Source: a bacterium
GTDB lineage: Bacteria; UBA8248
DNA: 64,000 nt
Reading direction: 5' to 3'
Assembly (NCBI GenBank): GCA_963692865.2
Contig: OY843592.1
Location: 992,001 to 1,056,000, forward strand
Shown: positions 48,801-58,542 of the stretch, one piece after another
How positions within the stretch are numbered: position 1 is the stretch's first letter
Layout: every line of letters begins with the position of its first letter
Position numbers and translations under genes: made by a program
The notes under the pieces: model-generated
Seen by the model: the letters and a program-made list of their open reading frames with translations, nothing else
Databases searched by the model: none
What the model was told of the DNA's origin: nothing

Positions 48801-48942
48801 GTAGGGTCAGACATATATGTCTGACCTGTGTGTCCGTGCAATTTTGTAGGGGAGGACCTATGTGTCCTCCCAAACCCAACCCAGGCCGATAGGCGAACGC
48901 GGCGAAAACACGAAGCGGGCGGACACATGGGTCCGCCCCTCC
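48801..48942. repeat. GTAG-type REP palindromes (REPIN-like cluster)
   Basis: GTAGGGTCAGACATATATGTCTGACC, GTAGGGGAGGACCTATGTGTCCTCCC and inverted GGGCGGACACATGGGTCCGCCCCT. Confidence 0.75.
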
Positions 48943-49020
48943 GGCATTCTCTTTTCCATCAGCCGGGAATACGGCGCGCCAGGACAAAACGGAATTTCGC
49001 ACTATAGAAGGATGAACGAT

Positions 49021-49806
49021 ATGGATTTGGGACTTCATGGAAAAGCCGCCATCGTAACCGGCGGGAGCGCGGGTCTGGGGCTTGCGATAGCCAAAGAACT
49101 TGCGCACGAGGGCTGCGACGTGTGCATCTGCGCGCGGAACGAGGAGCGCCTGGCGGCGGCCAGGCAGGAAATCCAGTTGGTATCCGAAGGCGTGGTGCGC
49201 GCGGTGCGCTGCGACGTGAGCGTAGCGGAAGACATCGCCGCCGTGGTGGAGGAGACGGTCGCCCTTTTCGGGACCGTCCACATCCTCGTGAGCAACGCGG
49301 GCGTGAGCACGACGAAGGATTTCCTGGACGTGGAGCGCGCGGACTGGGACTATTCGATGCGCAGCATCCTCTATGCGGCGTCCGAGTTCAGCCGTCTGGT
49401 GATCCCCTACATGCAGCGGCAAAAGTGGGGTCGCATCATCATGACGGGCTCCACGAGCAGCCGCCAGCCCCGGCCCCGCCGCGTGGTCTCGAACGCCTCG
49501 AAGGCGGCGCTCTTGAACTTCACGAAGTCCCTCGCCGGCGAGTTCGTGCGCGACGGTATTCTGGTGAACATCGTGAACCCCGGGCGCTTCAACACCCACT
49601 GGCCCGAGCGCATCGCGAAGATGGCGGCGGAGAGCGGCCGCACGGAAGAAGAAGTCTACGCCGAGGTGACGAAGGACATCGCCATCGGCCGCCTGGGGGA
49701 GGCGGAGGAGTTCGCGGCGGCGGTGGCCTTTCTCGCCGGCGAGCGGGCGAGCTACATCACGGGCGCGGCGCTCCAGGTCGACGGGGGCGAGATGTATTCG
49801 ATCTGA
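49021..49806 (+). CDS. SDR family oxidoreductase
   Basis: TGGSAGLG, ILVSNAG, SNASKAAL, GRLGEAEE, YITGAALQVDGG. Confidence 0.9.
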   Translation: MDLGLHGKAAIVTGGSAGLGLAIAKELAHEGCDVCICARNEERLAAARQEIQLVSEGVVRAVRCDVSVAEDIAAVVEETVALFGTVHILVSNAGVSTTKDFLDVERADWDYSMRSILYAASEFSRLVIPYMQRQKWGRIIMTGSTSSRQPRPRRVVSNASKAALLNFTKSLAGEFVRDGILVNIVNPGRFNTHWPERIAKMAAESGRTEEEVYAEVTKDIAIGRLGEAEEFAAAVAFLAGERASYITGAALQVDGGEMYSI

Positions 49807-49968
49807 AGGGCTTATCCGGCGCGCATCCGCGTCCGCCGCGCCACTCGTGGATAAGATGTTGACACAGTGTGGGGGCATGGGTTATTTTCACATTATGTTC
49901 GTGTTCTGAAATCTTGAATGCCCATATCCGGAACAGCAGAGAATACAAAGGCGGAAGGAAAAATAGAC

Positions 49969-50400
49969 ATGGCGTCGGTTTATGATGTCGCAGAATATAT
50001 TCTATCGAAAACCGGCAGGATCACTACGTGGAAACTTCAAAAGCTCGTTTATTATACGCAAGCTTGGCATCTCGTCTGGGATGAAGAGCTTTTGTTTCCC
50101 GAAGATATTCAGGCGTGGGCGAACGGACCGGTGTGTCCCGATTTATACAGAAAGCACCAAGGGTTTTTCCATGTCTCCACGGTCCGGGCGAACCCCGACG
50201 CATTGTCCGAGAGCGAGCGCGAAACCGTTGATGTCGTGGTGGCTCATTACGGGGAATACAGCGGTCAGCAACTTAGTGATCTTACCCATTCCGAACCCCC
50301 CTGGATGAACGCAAGGAAGGGTATTCCGACCAGAGTAAGAGGGAATCGAGTTATTTCACATGAATCGCTGGCGGAGTATTATGGCTCCCTCCAGGAATAG
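49969..50400 (+). CDS. Panacea-domain (DUF4065/SocA-like) antitoxin
   Basis: DVAEYIL, KLQKLVYYTQAW, QAWANGPV, LSDLTHSEPPW signature motifs. Confidence 0.9.
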   Translation: MASVYDVAEYILSKTGRITTWKLQKLVYYTQAWHLVWDEELLFPEDIQAWANGPVCPDLYRKHQGFFHVSTVRANPDALSESERETVDVVVAHYGEYSGQQLSDLTHSEPPWMNARKGIPTRVRGNRVISHESLAEYYGSLQE

Positions 50401-50878
50401 AGGTAGGCGCCGAAAAGCAATCCCCCGACAATCCAGCCCCTCGATCAGGGAATCCGTCAAGCAAGTTCGTCAGGAAAAAAGCGAATCTCACGACCACTTG
50501 GTGGTTTGCTGGCACTTGGGCAGGATCGACTGGGATGGTCCGTGGGGCATGAGAGCGTGTCGGAATCTCGATTTCAGGCGGCTCATCGACGAGACGATTT
50601 CAAACTGGGAGACCATGACTTGGGCCGAGTTGTATCGGGCGAGCGGCGGCAGAAGGCAAGGCAACAACCATCATCCGGTCTTCGTTTCGAAACTTTCCTC
50701 GACCGCAAAGAAAAGACTTAAACGTATCCAGGCAGACGACGTCGAGGCAATCGTGTCCTTACGGATTAATTCCAGGGAAAGGTTGTATGGAATCAGAGCC
50801 GGTCAGGTGTTTCAGGTGCTCTGGTACGATCCTTGGCACGACAACCGCAACAAGGCGGTCTACCCGACCGGAAGATGA
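50381..50878 (+). CDS. Putative toxin partner of the Panacea antitoxin (RelE-like C-terminus)
   Basis: Overlaps the antitoxin stop; basic protein ending SLRI....RLYG......FQVLWYDPWH. Confidence 0.65.
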   Translation: MAPSRNRGRRRKAIPRQSSPSIRESVKQVRQEKSESHDHLVVCWHLGRIDWDGPWGMRACRNLDFRRLIDETISNWETMTWAELYRASGGRRQGNNHHPVFVSKLSSTAKKRLKRIQADDVEAIVSLRINSRERLYGIRAGQVFQVLWYDPWHDNRNKAVYPTGR

Positions 50879-50908
50879 GGCAATCTCGCCGGGCAAGTTT
50901 TGGATGCG

Positions 50909-51283
50909 TCATGTCACCGCGGCGGCGAACTGAAACCCCGCCCAGACGGCGAGGAGGCACCCGGCGACGGATAACGCCACGTAGAGCGCCGCCAGAAGCC
51001 AGTCGCCTTCCTGGAACATGAGGAGGGTTTCGAGGCTGAAGGCGGAGAAGGTGGTGAATCCCCCCAGCAGGCCTATCATCGCGAACAGGCGGACTTCCTC
51101 GCTGAACACCTCCCTTGCGACGAGCAACTCGTAGATGCACCCGATGACGAACGAGCCGATGACGTTGGCCGCCAATGTGCCGAAGGGCCAGCCTGCGCCC
51201 AGCGATCTCTGAACGAAGAGCGCCAGTCCGTAGCGCAGCGCGCTGCCGATTGCGCCGCCTGTCGCCACCAAAAGCCAGTTCAA
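50909..51283 (-). CDS. crcB: Fluoride efflux channel CrcB/FluC
   Basis: GGAIGSALRY, PFGTL.AN..GSF, GLLGGFTTFSAF signature; TTG start after AAAGGAG. Confidence 0.95.
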   Translation of the reverse strand: MNWLLVATGGAIGSALRYGLALFVQRSLGAGWPFGTLAANVIGSFVIGCIYELLVAREVFSEEVRLFAMIGLLGGFTTFSAFSLETLLMFQEGDWLLAALYVALSVAGCLLAVWAGFQFAAAVT

Positions 51284-51417
51284 CAGAAAGCTCCTTTCCG
51301 CCGGGTGAAATCCGCACTTTCTCGGTCTCCCCGAAAAATGACACCATTGCGGGGGCGGCGCAAGAGTTTCACGGTCCCCTGCTTTTCGGGCGCGCCCCCG
51401 TTCATTAAAATGAGCGC

Positions 51418-52641
51418 ATGGACGAGACGCGCGAAGAAATCACCACACACGGCTGGAAGGCGCAGCTCGAAGATGAGTTGCGCGAACTCACCGAAGCCAA
51501 CCTGCGCCGGGGACTGCGCACGGTCGAGGGGATGCAGGGCCCGACCATGCGCCATGGCGGCAGGACCCTCGTCAATCTTTCGAGCAACAACTACCTGGGT
51601 CTCGCCGGTTATTCGGCCATCATCGAAGCGTCGGTCGAGGCCGCAAGAGGCGCGGGCGCGAGCGGGGCCGCCTCCCCGCTCATCTCGGGGCACATGAGCG
51701 CCCACGAGGAGTTGGCGCGCGCGCTGGCCGCCTTCAAGCGTAAGGACGCCGCCCTCGTCTTCGGCTCGGGCTTTCTCGCGAACTTGGGCCTGATCACCGC
51801 CCTGGTCGGCGCGGGCGACGCCGTTTTCAGCGACGCGCTCAACCACGCGAGCATCGTGGACGGTTGCCGGCTATCGAAAGCCCGCGTCCACATCTACCCG
51901 CACCGAAACGTGGATTACCTGGAAGACGCTCTCAAGAAAGCCTCCTCCGCGCGCCGGAAGCTCATCGTGACGGACGGCGTCTTCAGCATGGACGGGGATT
52001 TGGCGCCCTTGCCCGGAATATGCGAGCTCGCTCAAAAATACGGCGCCATGCTCGTGGTGGACGACGCGCACGCCACGGGGGTCATCGGCGAGGGCGGCAG
52101 GGGGAGCGGCGCGTATTTAGGTGCGGAGGACGGCGTTTCGGTCTCCATGGGCACGCTGGGCAAGGCGCTCGCCTCCTACGGCGCGTTCGCGTGCGCGGAT
52201 TCTGCGGTGATCGATTACCTCGTCAACAAGGCGCGTCCCTACATCTATTCGACGAGCCTCCCGCCCGCCGTGGCCGCCGCCTCCCGCGCCGCCGTCCGGG
52301 TCGCGGAAGGCGTCGAGGGGGAGCGCCGCCGGGAGAATCTGGCGAACCTGTGCGCGCGCTTTCGCGCCGGGCTTCGCTACATCGGGGTTCGCGTGGGCGA
52401 CTCCCCGCCGGGCGCCGAGATACCGATTTTCCCCATCATCATCAGGGATACGGAAAAAACGCTGGCGCTCGCGGAGTATCTGATGGAGGCGGGCGTCTAC
52501 CTGCTCGCCATCCGTCCGCCCACGGTGCCGGAGGGCACCAGCAGGCTGCGGGCCACCCTGATGGCGACGCACACCGAAGCGCAGATCGACAGGACGCTCG
52601 ACGCCCTGGAGGCGGGACTCAAGAAGCTGGATATCGCCTAG
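51418..52641 (+). CDS. bioF: 8-amino-7-oxononanoate synthase
   Basis: SSNNYLGL, SDALNHASIVDG, DGVFSMDGD, DDAHATG, GTLGKA, YSTSLPP, AIRPPTVP. Confidence 0.9.
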   Translation: MDETREEITTHGWKAQLEDELRELTEANLRRGLRTVEGMQGPTMRHGGRTLVNLSSNNYLGLAGYSAIIEASVEAARGAGASGAASPLISGHMSAHEELARALAAFKRKDAALVFGSGFLANLGLITALVGAGDAVFSDALNHASIVDGCRLSKARVHIYPHRNVDYLEDALKKASSARRKLIVTDGVFSMDGDLAPLPGICELAQKYGAMLVVDDAHATGVIGEGGRGSGAYLGAEDGVSVSMGTLGKALASYGAFACADSAVIDYLVNKARPYIYSTSLPPAVAAASRAAVRVAEGVEGERRRENLANLCARFRAGLRYIGVRVGDSPPGAEIPIFPIIIRDTEKTLALAEYLMEAGVYLLAIRPPTVPEGTSRLRATLMATHTEAQIDRTLDALEAGLKKLDIA

Positions 52642-53639
52642 TCGATTTCCACGATCACATTGCCCACCGCCTCGCCTCGCTCCACCGCCTCGTGCGCGCT
52701 TGCGAGTCCATCGAGCGGGAAACGCTCCGCGATATGGTGGGTGAGCGCGCCCTCATCCAGAGCGCGGGTCAAGTCCGCCGCCGCTTGGAGCAGAGCCTCG
52801 GGCGGGCAGCAGTGGACCATCACGAGTCTTATGGTGATGTTGTTCAGCATCAGTTCGTAGTGGGGGAAGGGAGGGTTGCGATCCCCCATGGAGGAATAGG
52901 AGGCGATGACGCCGCCGATTTTCAGGATTTTGTAGTTCGTCTCCCAGTTCACTCCGAGATTCACGTCCACCACGCGGTCCACGCCCGCGCCGCGCGTGAT
53001 CTCAAGGACTCTTTCGGCGACGTCCTCCTCGCGGTAGTTGATCAGGTGATCGGCCGCCGCCCGCTCGGCCTTCTCCGCCGAACTCACCGTGGCGATTACG
53101 CGCGCTCCCGCCCATTTCGCCAGTTGCACCGCGTAGACCCCCACGCGGCCCGCGCCGCCCGTCACCAGCACCGTCTTGCCCGCAATGGGGCCGTCCGCGA
53201 ACAGGCATCGGTGGGCCGTCATGGCGGGAATGCCGAGGCACGCTCCTTCCGCGAAGGTGGTTTTTTCGGGCAGGCGGACGAGAAACCGCTCGGGCAGGCA
53301 GACGTATTGCGCCGATGTGCCGAACGCGCGTTTGTAGCGCGCGTTGTAGACCCACACCCGGTCGCCCGCTTCATGGCCGCTCGCGCCCGGGCCTAACTTG
53401 TCCACGACGCCCGCGCCGTCGTTGTGGGGGATGATCCTCGGAAAATCCGGGAAGTGCTCGAAATAGCCCCAATCCTCGGACCCCTGGCCCCCGCGGCGCT
53501 TGCAATCCGTGGGATTCACGCCCGATGCGTGAAGCCGAACCCTTATTTCGCCTGCGCCGGGTTCGGGCGTCGCCGTCTCGCCGATCTCGATGACCTCGCG
53601 CGCCTCTCCCTTGCGCTCGTACCAGCCTGCCCGCATCAC
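52638..53639 (-). CDS. NADPH:quinone reductase (zeta-crystallin-like MDR)
   Basis: SGVNP.D, PHNDGAG, GIPAMTA, TGGAGRVG, INYR. Confidence 0.9.
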   Translation of the reverse strand: MMRAGWYERKGEAREVIEIGETATPEPGAGEIRVRLHASGVNPTDCKRRGGQGSEDWGYFEHFPDFPRIIPHNDGAGVVDKLGPGASGHEAGDRVWVYNARYKRAFGTSAQYVCLPERFLVRLPEKTTFAEGACLGIPAMTAHRCLFADGPIAGKTVLVTGGAGRVGVYAVQLAKWAGARVIATVSSAEKAERAAADHLINYREEDVAERVLEITRGAGVDRVVDVNLGVNWETNYKILKIGGVIASYSSMGDRNPPFPHYELMLNNITIRLVMVHCCPPEALLQAAADLTRALDEGALTHHIAERFPLDGLASAHEAVERGEAVGNVIVEID

Positions 53640-53660
53640 TGGCGCTCTCCTTTGCTTTTC

Positions 53661-54089
53661 TTACCCGTGTGTGAACGAGACGCCCAGGTAGACGACGATG
53701 AGGGCGAGGATGAGGTTAAAGAGAAGCCATGTCTTGCGCTGCGCCTTCATCGCGTCAAATCCCCTGGGGATGGTGAGGGCGACGCCCACGAAGATGATGA
53801 CGAGCGCCAGGACGATCTTCACGATCAACGACCCGGGAATCGCGAGGCCGCTGATCGCGAGGCGGCCGATGTGGTGAAGCCCCGTCAGCAACAGGATCAG
53901 GAACGAGCCGTGCAGTATCGGGATGAACCGCTTCTGGATTTTCGCCATGAACGGCCCCCGCTCCGCCTCGGGCAGGTCCGCCGCCGTGGGGATGACCACG
54001 AAACGAAGAAAGGCCACGCCGCCGACCGCCAGAATGGCGCTCAGCACGTGGAGGGTCGTGACGATGATGTTGCCCGTGCTGTATCCCAT
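53661..54089 (-). CDS. Small 4-TM membrane protein (CopD/DUF4149-like)
   Basis: LHVLSA...VGG..F....P, LLLTG, K..L hydrophobic pattern. Confidence 0.7.
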   Translation of the reverse strand: MGYSTGNIIVTTLHVLSAILAVGGVAFLRFVVIPTAADLPEAERGPFMAKIQKRFIPILHGSFLILLLTGLHHIGRLAISGLAIPGSLIVKIVLALVIIFVGVALTIPRGFDAMKAQRKTWLLFNLILALIVVYLGVSFTHG

Positions 54090-54125
54090 AAGACGCACTC
54101 CCGTGAATTGATGAGGAAATTCTCT

Positions 54126-55346
54126 TTAAGCCGTGTCCTCTCCCACCAGCACCAGGACGCCGGAATACTGGTGGAGATGGTCGATTTTTCCGATGGGCGC
54201 GATCTCCGAACCCGTGAAGAACCCGGCGACGGGCAGCCCGCGCATCTTCTCCCGAATCGCCTTGGCGTCCACCTCCATCTCGCCGTAGAGGGAACTGCCC
54301 CGGCCCGCGCAGTTGAAATACAGGCCGAACGCGCGCGCGTCCGCATCTTCCGAGGCGGCGAAGCGGCGGGCGCCTTTTTCCAGCATGGCGCGGAGGTCGT
54401 CGCGCGCGCGTTTTCCGTCGCGCCTGGCGAAGGTGATGGCCTGCCCGGTTCTGACCGGCGTCGGCAGCGCGATGATTCCCCGCTCCTCGTCCGCGCCCAC
54501 GATGGGCCGCACGATGTACTCGCCGTGGTCGAGCATGACCTTGTCCGGGTCTCCCGGAATGCCGATGAAAAGGTTCATGGCCGCGAAGCGGATGTTCTCC
54601 ATCCATTCGGGGCCCGCCGCCTCGGCGTAGGCGTCGTACGCGCGCCCGCCGGAGATTTCCCAGACCACGTTCTCCTCCGCCCGGGTGATGAGCCTGGGCT
54701 CGCCCACCGGCAGATAGGCCTGGGATATTCCGATGAACCGCCTGGGCGCGCGCGCGAATACGACGCCCGAGACGGCGCCCGTCTGCACCCCCCCGTCGAG
54801 GAACTGGAAGGTTCTCCCCGCCCCGCCGTCCTCGGCGGCGCCTCCTCCCACGATGATGGCCTCATCGCCCAGCTCCTCGTGAATCCCCTGAAAAAGCGCA
54901 TCTGCCTGGAGGTGGTAGCTGTCGGGCATGACGACGACCAGGGGCGGATTCTCCGGGGAGAGCGCATCTCCCAGCTCTTTTTTCGCCGCCCGGCCGATGG
55001 CGCGTCCGCATTCCGCGGGCGCGTCGGCCAGACCCTCGACGAGAAAAGGCGCAGCGGGCGGGGCGCCGCCTCCCACCGCCAGAACCGAGATTCCGGGCTT
55101 GCGCTCGATTTCACCCTGCGCCGTCATGACGCCGAAGCCGGTGCAGCCCACGATGCGCGCCCCGTCCGTTCCCTCCGCCACGGCGGCGACCACCTCGGGC
55201 CATCTGTCCAGGTGTCCGGGCGTCGCGAACAGGAAAACCAATGAGGCGGCGTCGAGTCTGGCCTCCGCCATGGCTTCTTCAATCGCCTCTCGCGCGGCGG
55301 CGGCGGAATCGGGGTTGGCGGAGAGGCCGCTTCCCGCGCGCGTCAT
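54126..55346 (-). CDS. FIST N/C domain signal transduction protein
   Basis: GCTG.G, GGGA, ISQ...PVG, YFNCAGRG, GFF..SEI.P, HQYSGV. Confidence 0.88.
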   Translation of the reverse strand: MTRAGSGLSANPDSAAAAREAIEEAMAEARLDAASLVFLFATPGHLDRWPEVVAAVAEGTDGARIVGCTGFGVMTAQGEIERKPGISVLAVGGGAPPAAPFLVEGLADAPAECGRAIGRAAKKELGDALSPENPPLVVVMPDSYHLQADALFQGIHEELGDEAIIVGGGAAEDGGAGRTFQFLDGGVQTGAVSGVVFARAPRRFIGISQAYLPVGEPRLITRAEENVVWEISGGRAYDAYAEAAGPEWMENIRFAAMNLFIGIPGDPDKVMLDHGEYIVRPIVGADEERGIIALPTPVRTGQAITFARRDGKRARDDLRAMLEKGARRFAASEDADARAFGLYFNCAGRGSSLYGEMEVDAKAIREKMRGLPVAGFFTGSEIAPIGKIDHLHQYSGVLVLVGEDTA

Positions 55347-56038
55347 GAAGATTCCTCGCGACTTAAAACGCCGGGCGGCCCGTTCGTGAGGAGCTTCGGT
55401 TCGCTCACCGCCTGCACGTCCTCAGTCGTTAAGCCTTCGGCCACTTCTCTTAAGACGGGGCCGTCCGGCGTGAACTCGATGAACGCGATGTCGGTGAACA
55501 GCTTGGTCACCACGCGCCGCGCGGTGAGGGGATAGGAGCACTCTTCCAGGAGCTTGAGGCCGCCGTCCTTCGTGGTGTGGGTCATGATGGCGTAGACCTC
55601 GCGCGCGCCGGCGGCCAGGTCCATCGCGCCGCCGATGCCGCCTTTGCCCACGCCCGGCACCGTCCAGTTGGCGAGGTCGCCCTGGGCCGAGACCTGCAGC
55701 GCGCCCATGACGGCGATGTCGATGTGGCCGCCGCGTATCATGGCGAAGGCGTCGGCGTGTCCGAAAACGGACGCGCCCGGAAGCGTGGTGATGGGTTCAC
55801 GGGAGGCGTTGATGTAGTCCTTATCCTCCTGGCCCTCCTCCGGTCTCGGTCCTGCGCCGATGATTCCGTTCTCCGCCATGAACATCACGCCGCGTTCTGC
55901 TTCCACGTAGTTGCCCACCAGCGTGGGTATGCCTATCCCCAGGTTCACCACCGCGCCGTCGGGCAGTTCCGCCGCCACGCGCCGGGCGATGTCGGCAGGT
56001 TTCAGCGCGCCGCTTTCAAGTTTCGGATCGGAGGCCAA
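55343..56038 (-). CDS. 3-oxoacid CoA-transferase subunit B (PcaJ/ScoB family)
   Basis: VNLGIGIPT, AENG (catalytic Glu), RGGHIDIAVMGALQV, DLANW, GGAMDL. Confidence 0.92.
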   Translation of the reverse strand: MASDPKLESGALKPADIARRVAAELPDGAVVNLGIGIPTLVGNYVEAERGVMFMAENGIIGAGPRPEEGQEDKDYINASREPITTLPGASVFGHADAFAMIRGGHIDIAVMGALQVSAQGDLANWTVPGVGKGGIGGAMDLAAGAREVYAIMTHTTKDGGLKLLEECSYPLTARRVVTKLFTDIAFIEFTPDGPVLREVAEGLTTEDVQAVSEPKLLTNGPPGVLSREESS

Positions 56039-56705
56039 GGTCTTCTCCTCTGACGACTCTTTGCACGTAAATCGAGGGCGTGTGCACGCTCTCGGGCGCG
56101 ATGACGCCCGGCGCCACGATTTCCTCGACCTCGGCGATGGTGAGCGGCGCCGCCGTCGCCATGACGGGGTTGAAGTTCGCCGCCGTGCCCCGGTAGGTGA
56201 GGTTCCCCGTGCGGTCGGCCCGGTGCGCCTTGATGACGGCCACGTCGCCGGGCAGGGGATGTTCGAGCACGACGTCGCGTCCGCCGATCGTGCGGGTCTC
56301 CTTGCCCTCGGCCGCCTGCGTGCCGACGCCGGTGGGCGTGTAGAAGGCGGAAATCCCCGCGCCCGCCGCCCGGATCCTTTCCGCCATGGTCCCCTGGGGG
56401 AGTTGTTCGAGTTCGATTTTCCCTTCCAGATACAGTTCCCGGAACACGAACGCGCTCCTGTGGAAGGCGTAGCTGCAGATGATTTTCCGCACCTTCCCCT
56501 GCCGGAGCAGCACGGCGAGGCCGCGTTCGCCGAAGCCCGCGTGGTTGGTGACGACGGTCAGGTCGCGCGCGGGGTGGTCGGCCATGGCGACCAGGAGATT
56601 TTCCGGGATGCCCGCGCCCCCGAAACCGCCCAGCAGAATGGTGGCGCCGTCGGGAATGTCGGCGATGGCGGCTTTGGATGATGGATACACCTTGTCGGAG
56701 GCCAA
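56016..56705 (-). CDS. 3-oxoacid CoA-transferase subunit A (PcaI/ScoA family)
   Basis: GGFGGAGIPENL, PQGTMAERIRAAGAGI..FYTPTGVGT, NFNP.MA; TTG start at 56705. Confidence 0.92.
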   Translation of the reverse strand: MASDKVYPSSKAAIADIPDGATILLGGFGGAGIPENLLVAMADHPARDLTVVTNHAGFGERGLAVLLRQGKVRKIICSYAFHRSAFVFRELYLEGKIELEQLPQGTMAERIRAAGAGISAFYTPTGVGTQAAEGKETRTIGGRDVVLEHPLPGDVAVIKAHRADRTGNLTYRGTAANFNPVMATAAPLTIAEVEEIVAPGVIAPESVHTPSIYVQRVVRGEDLGLRSET

Positions 56706-56882
56706 ATCTTCTTTCTCTTGTTGAGGAAAAGTTCTCGGGGCGCCGCTCGGCGCGAAATTCATTCTATTTATGCGGCATCGACCCGAAAAAATCCAGGCGG
56801 CCCCCCGGCTTGCCTCAGGTCTTTTAGTGCCATAGAGTGCGGTTTTCTTTTTCGGGCGTAATTTTGTTTATTCGAGGAGCGC

Positions 56883-58481
56883 GTGGTGGCGAAACGGCCC
56901 AGAAGGTCGCCGCAGGACAAAGAGCCGGAGAGCGGGCAAAAGAACGTGGCGGGGTTTTATCTCTATTTCTCGGTCTTTCTCTCGGGCGGCTCCATTCTCG
57001 TGATGGAAATCGCGGCGGGGCGCGTGCTCGCCCCCCACTTCGGCAACACGCTCTACACCTGGACTTCGATGATCGGCATCATCCTGGCCGCGCTGAGCCT
57101 GGGCTATTCCATCGGCGGGAGGCTCGCGGACCGGAATCCATCGACCAGGCTGTTTTTCTCCCTCATGCTGGGCGGCGCGGGCCTCGTGGCCCTGGTGCCC
57201 GCCCTGCGGGGGGTTCTGCTGCCCACGATGGAGGAGAGCCTCAGCCTGCAATCGGGGCCGGTGTTCGCGGGGCTGTTGCTCTTCGCCGCTCCGGGATGCG
57301 TGCTCGCCACGCTGACGCCCTTCGCGGTGAAGCTGGCGGCGCGGGGGGAGGGGAGTCTGGGGGCGGTGACGGGAAACCTCTTCACCTGGTCCACGGTCGG
57401 GAGTATCCTCGGCACGTTCGCGACGGGCTTCGTCTTCATTCCCTTTTTCGGACTGAACGGCATCTTCCTGACGACGGCGGCAGCACTGACGCTGACGGCG
57501 CTATTCGGACTCTACCTCTGCGGCGACCTCGCGGCTCTCTTCTCAAGGCGAAACGCGCGGGCGAACCTGCTTCTCGCGGCGTTTGTCCTGGCCTCGATGG
57601 GGACGGGCGCCGCGTGGCTGGGCGTCATCCCCGGGGTGGATAAGGACACGGTGTGGGTGCGCGAGAACATGTACCACATGATTCGCGTGTTCGAGAGGGC
57701 GGAAGCGGGCGGCGCGCGGGTGCGCGAGATGTTTCTGGATCATCAGCCCGAGGGCGCGATGGTCCTGGGCGACGACAGAAAGTTTTTCTATGAATACACC
57801 CGCTTCCTGGAACTCGGGCCGCTGTTCGCCCCCCACATGAAGCGCGCGATTTTCATCGGCGGCGGCGCGTTCACGATGCCCAAGGCGCTGCATCTCATGA
57901 AGCCGGAGATGTCCATCGCCGTGGCCGAACTCGATGCGGAAGTCGTCGATGCGGGGCGCAAGTTTTTCAGGCTGGGGAAATTCCCGAAGCTCAAGAACCT
58001 GGTGGGAGACGGCAGGCGCATTCTGCGCTCATCCGGTGAAAAATACGATTTCATCGTGGGCGACGCCTACCGGGGCTTGCGGAACATTCCGCCGCATCTG
58101 GTGACGAAGGAGTTCTTTGAAGAAGCGCGCGAGCGTCTCGCGCCCGGCGGCGCCTTCATGCTGAACCTCATCGGCTACCGCGCGGGCGCAGGCGGGGCGA
58201 TATACGCTTCCGTCTACCGGACGATGAATGCGGTGTTCCCCGAGATATTCATCTACAGCACGGACCCTGAGAATCCCTATACGGCGCAGAACATTCTGTT
58301 CTTCGCGTTCCGCGACGAGGACCCGGGCCGCTTCCGCCGCGTGAGCGAGGCGATTCGCAGCGACCGGAAGTTCGCGTTCGCCGCGCGCGCGCGCGTGTCG
58401 CCGCCGGGTGCGCGCCTCTATGGCCCGGTTTTGACGGACGACTACAATCCGGTGGAGTATCTCATCGAAAAAGGACTTTAA
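56883..58481 (+). CDS. Fused membrane/spermidine-synthase-like SAM-dependent protein
   Basis: N-terminal TM bundle (E....R.LAP.FG, STVGSILGT); C-terminal IGGG, ELD..VV, DGR, DFIVGDAY, HL.T.EFF, LTDDYNP. Confidence 0.88.
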   Translation: MVAKRPRRSPQDKEPESGQKNVAGFYLYFSVFLSGGSILVMEIAAGRVLAPHFGNTLYTWTSMIGIILAALSLGYSIGGRLADRNPSTRLFFSLMLGGAGLVALVPALRGVLLPTMEESLSLQSGPVFAGLLLFAAPGCVLATLTPFAVKLAARGEGSLGAVTGNLFTWSTVGSILGTFATGFVFIPFFGLNGIFLTTAAALTLTALFGLYLCGDLAALFSRRNARANLLLAAFVLASMGTGAAWLGVIPGVDKDTVWVRENMYHMIRVFERAEAGGARVREMFLDHQPEGAMVLGDDRKFFYEYTRFLELGPLFAPHMKRAIFIGGGAFTMPKALHLMKPEMSIAVAELDAEVVDAGRKFFRLGKFPKLKNLVGDGRRILRSSGEKYDFIVGDAYRGLRNIPPHLVTKEFFEEARERLAPGGAFMLNLIGYRAGAGGAIYASVYRTMNAVFPEIFIYSTDPENPYTAQNILFFAFRDEDPGRFRRVSEAIRSDRKFAFAARARVSPPGARLYGPVLTDDYNPVEYLIEKGL

Positions 58482-58542
58482 TTCTTCGCGGCGCGGATGC
58501 GAGCGACGCGCCCGCCGCGCATGGAGCCATGAAGGAGAAGCG

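Noticed and set aside
51284-51417. Possible fluoride riboswitch upstream of crcB (GCAATGGTGTC on the minus strand)
   Set aside because: It lacks the closing stem and the downstream CUGAUG pseudoknot partner of the crcB motif.
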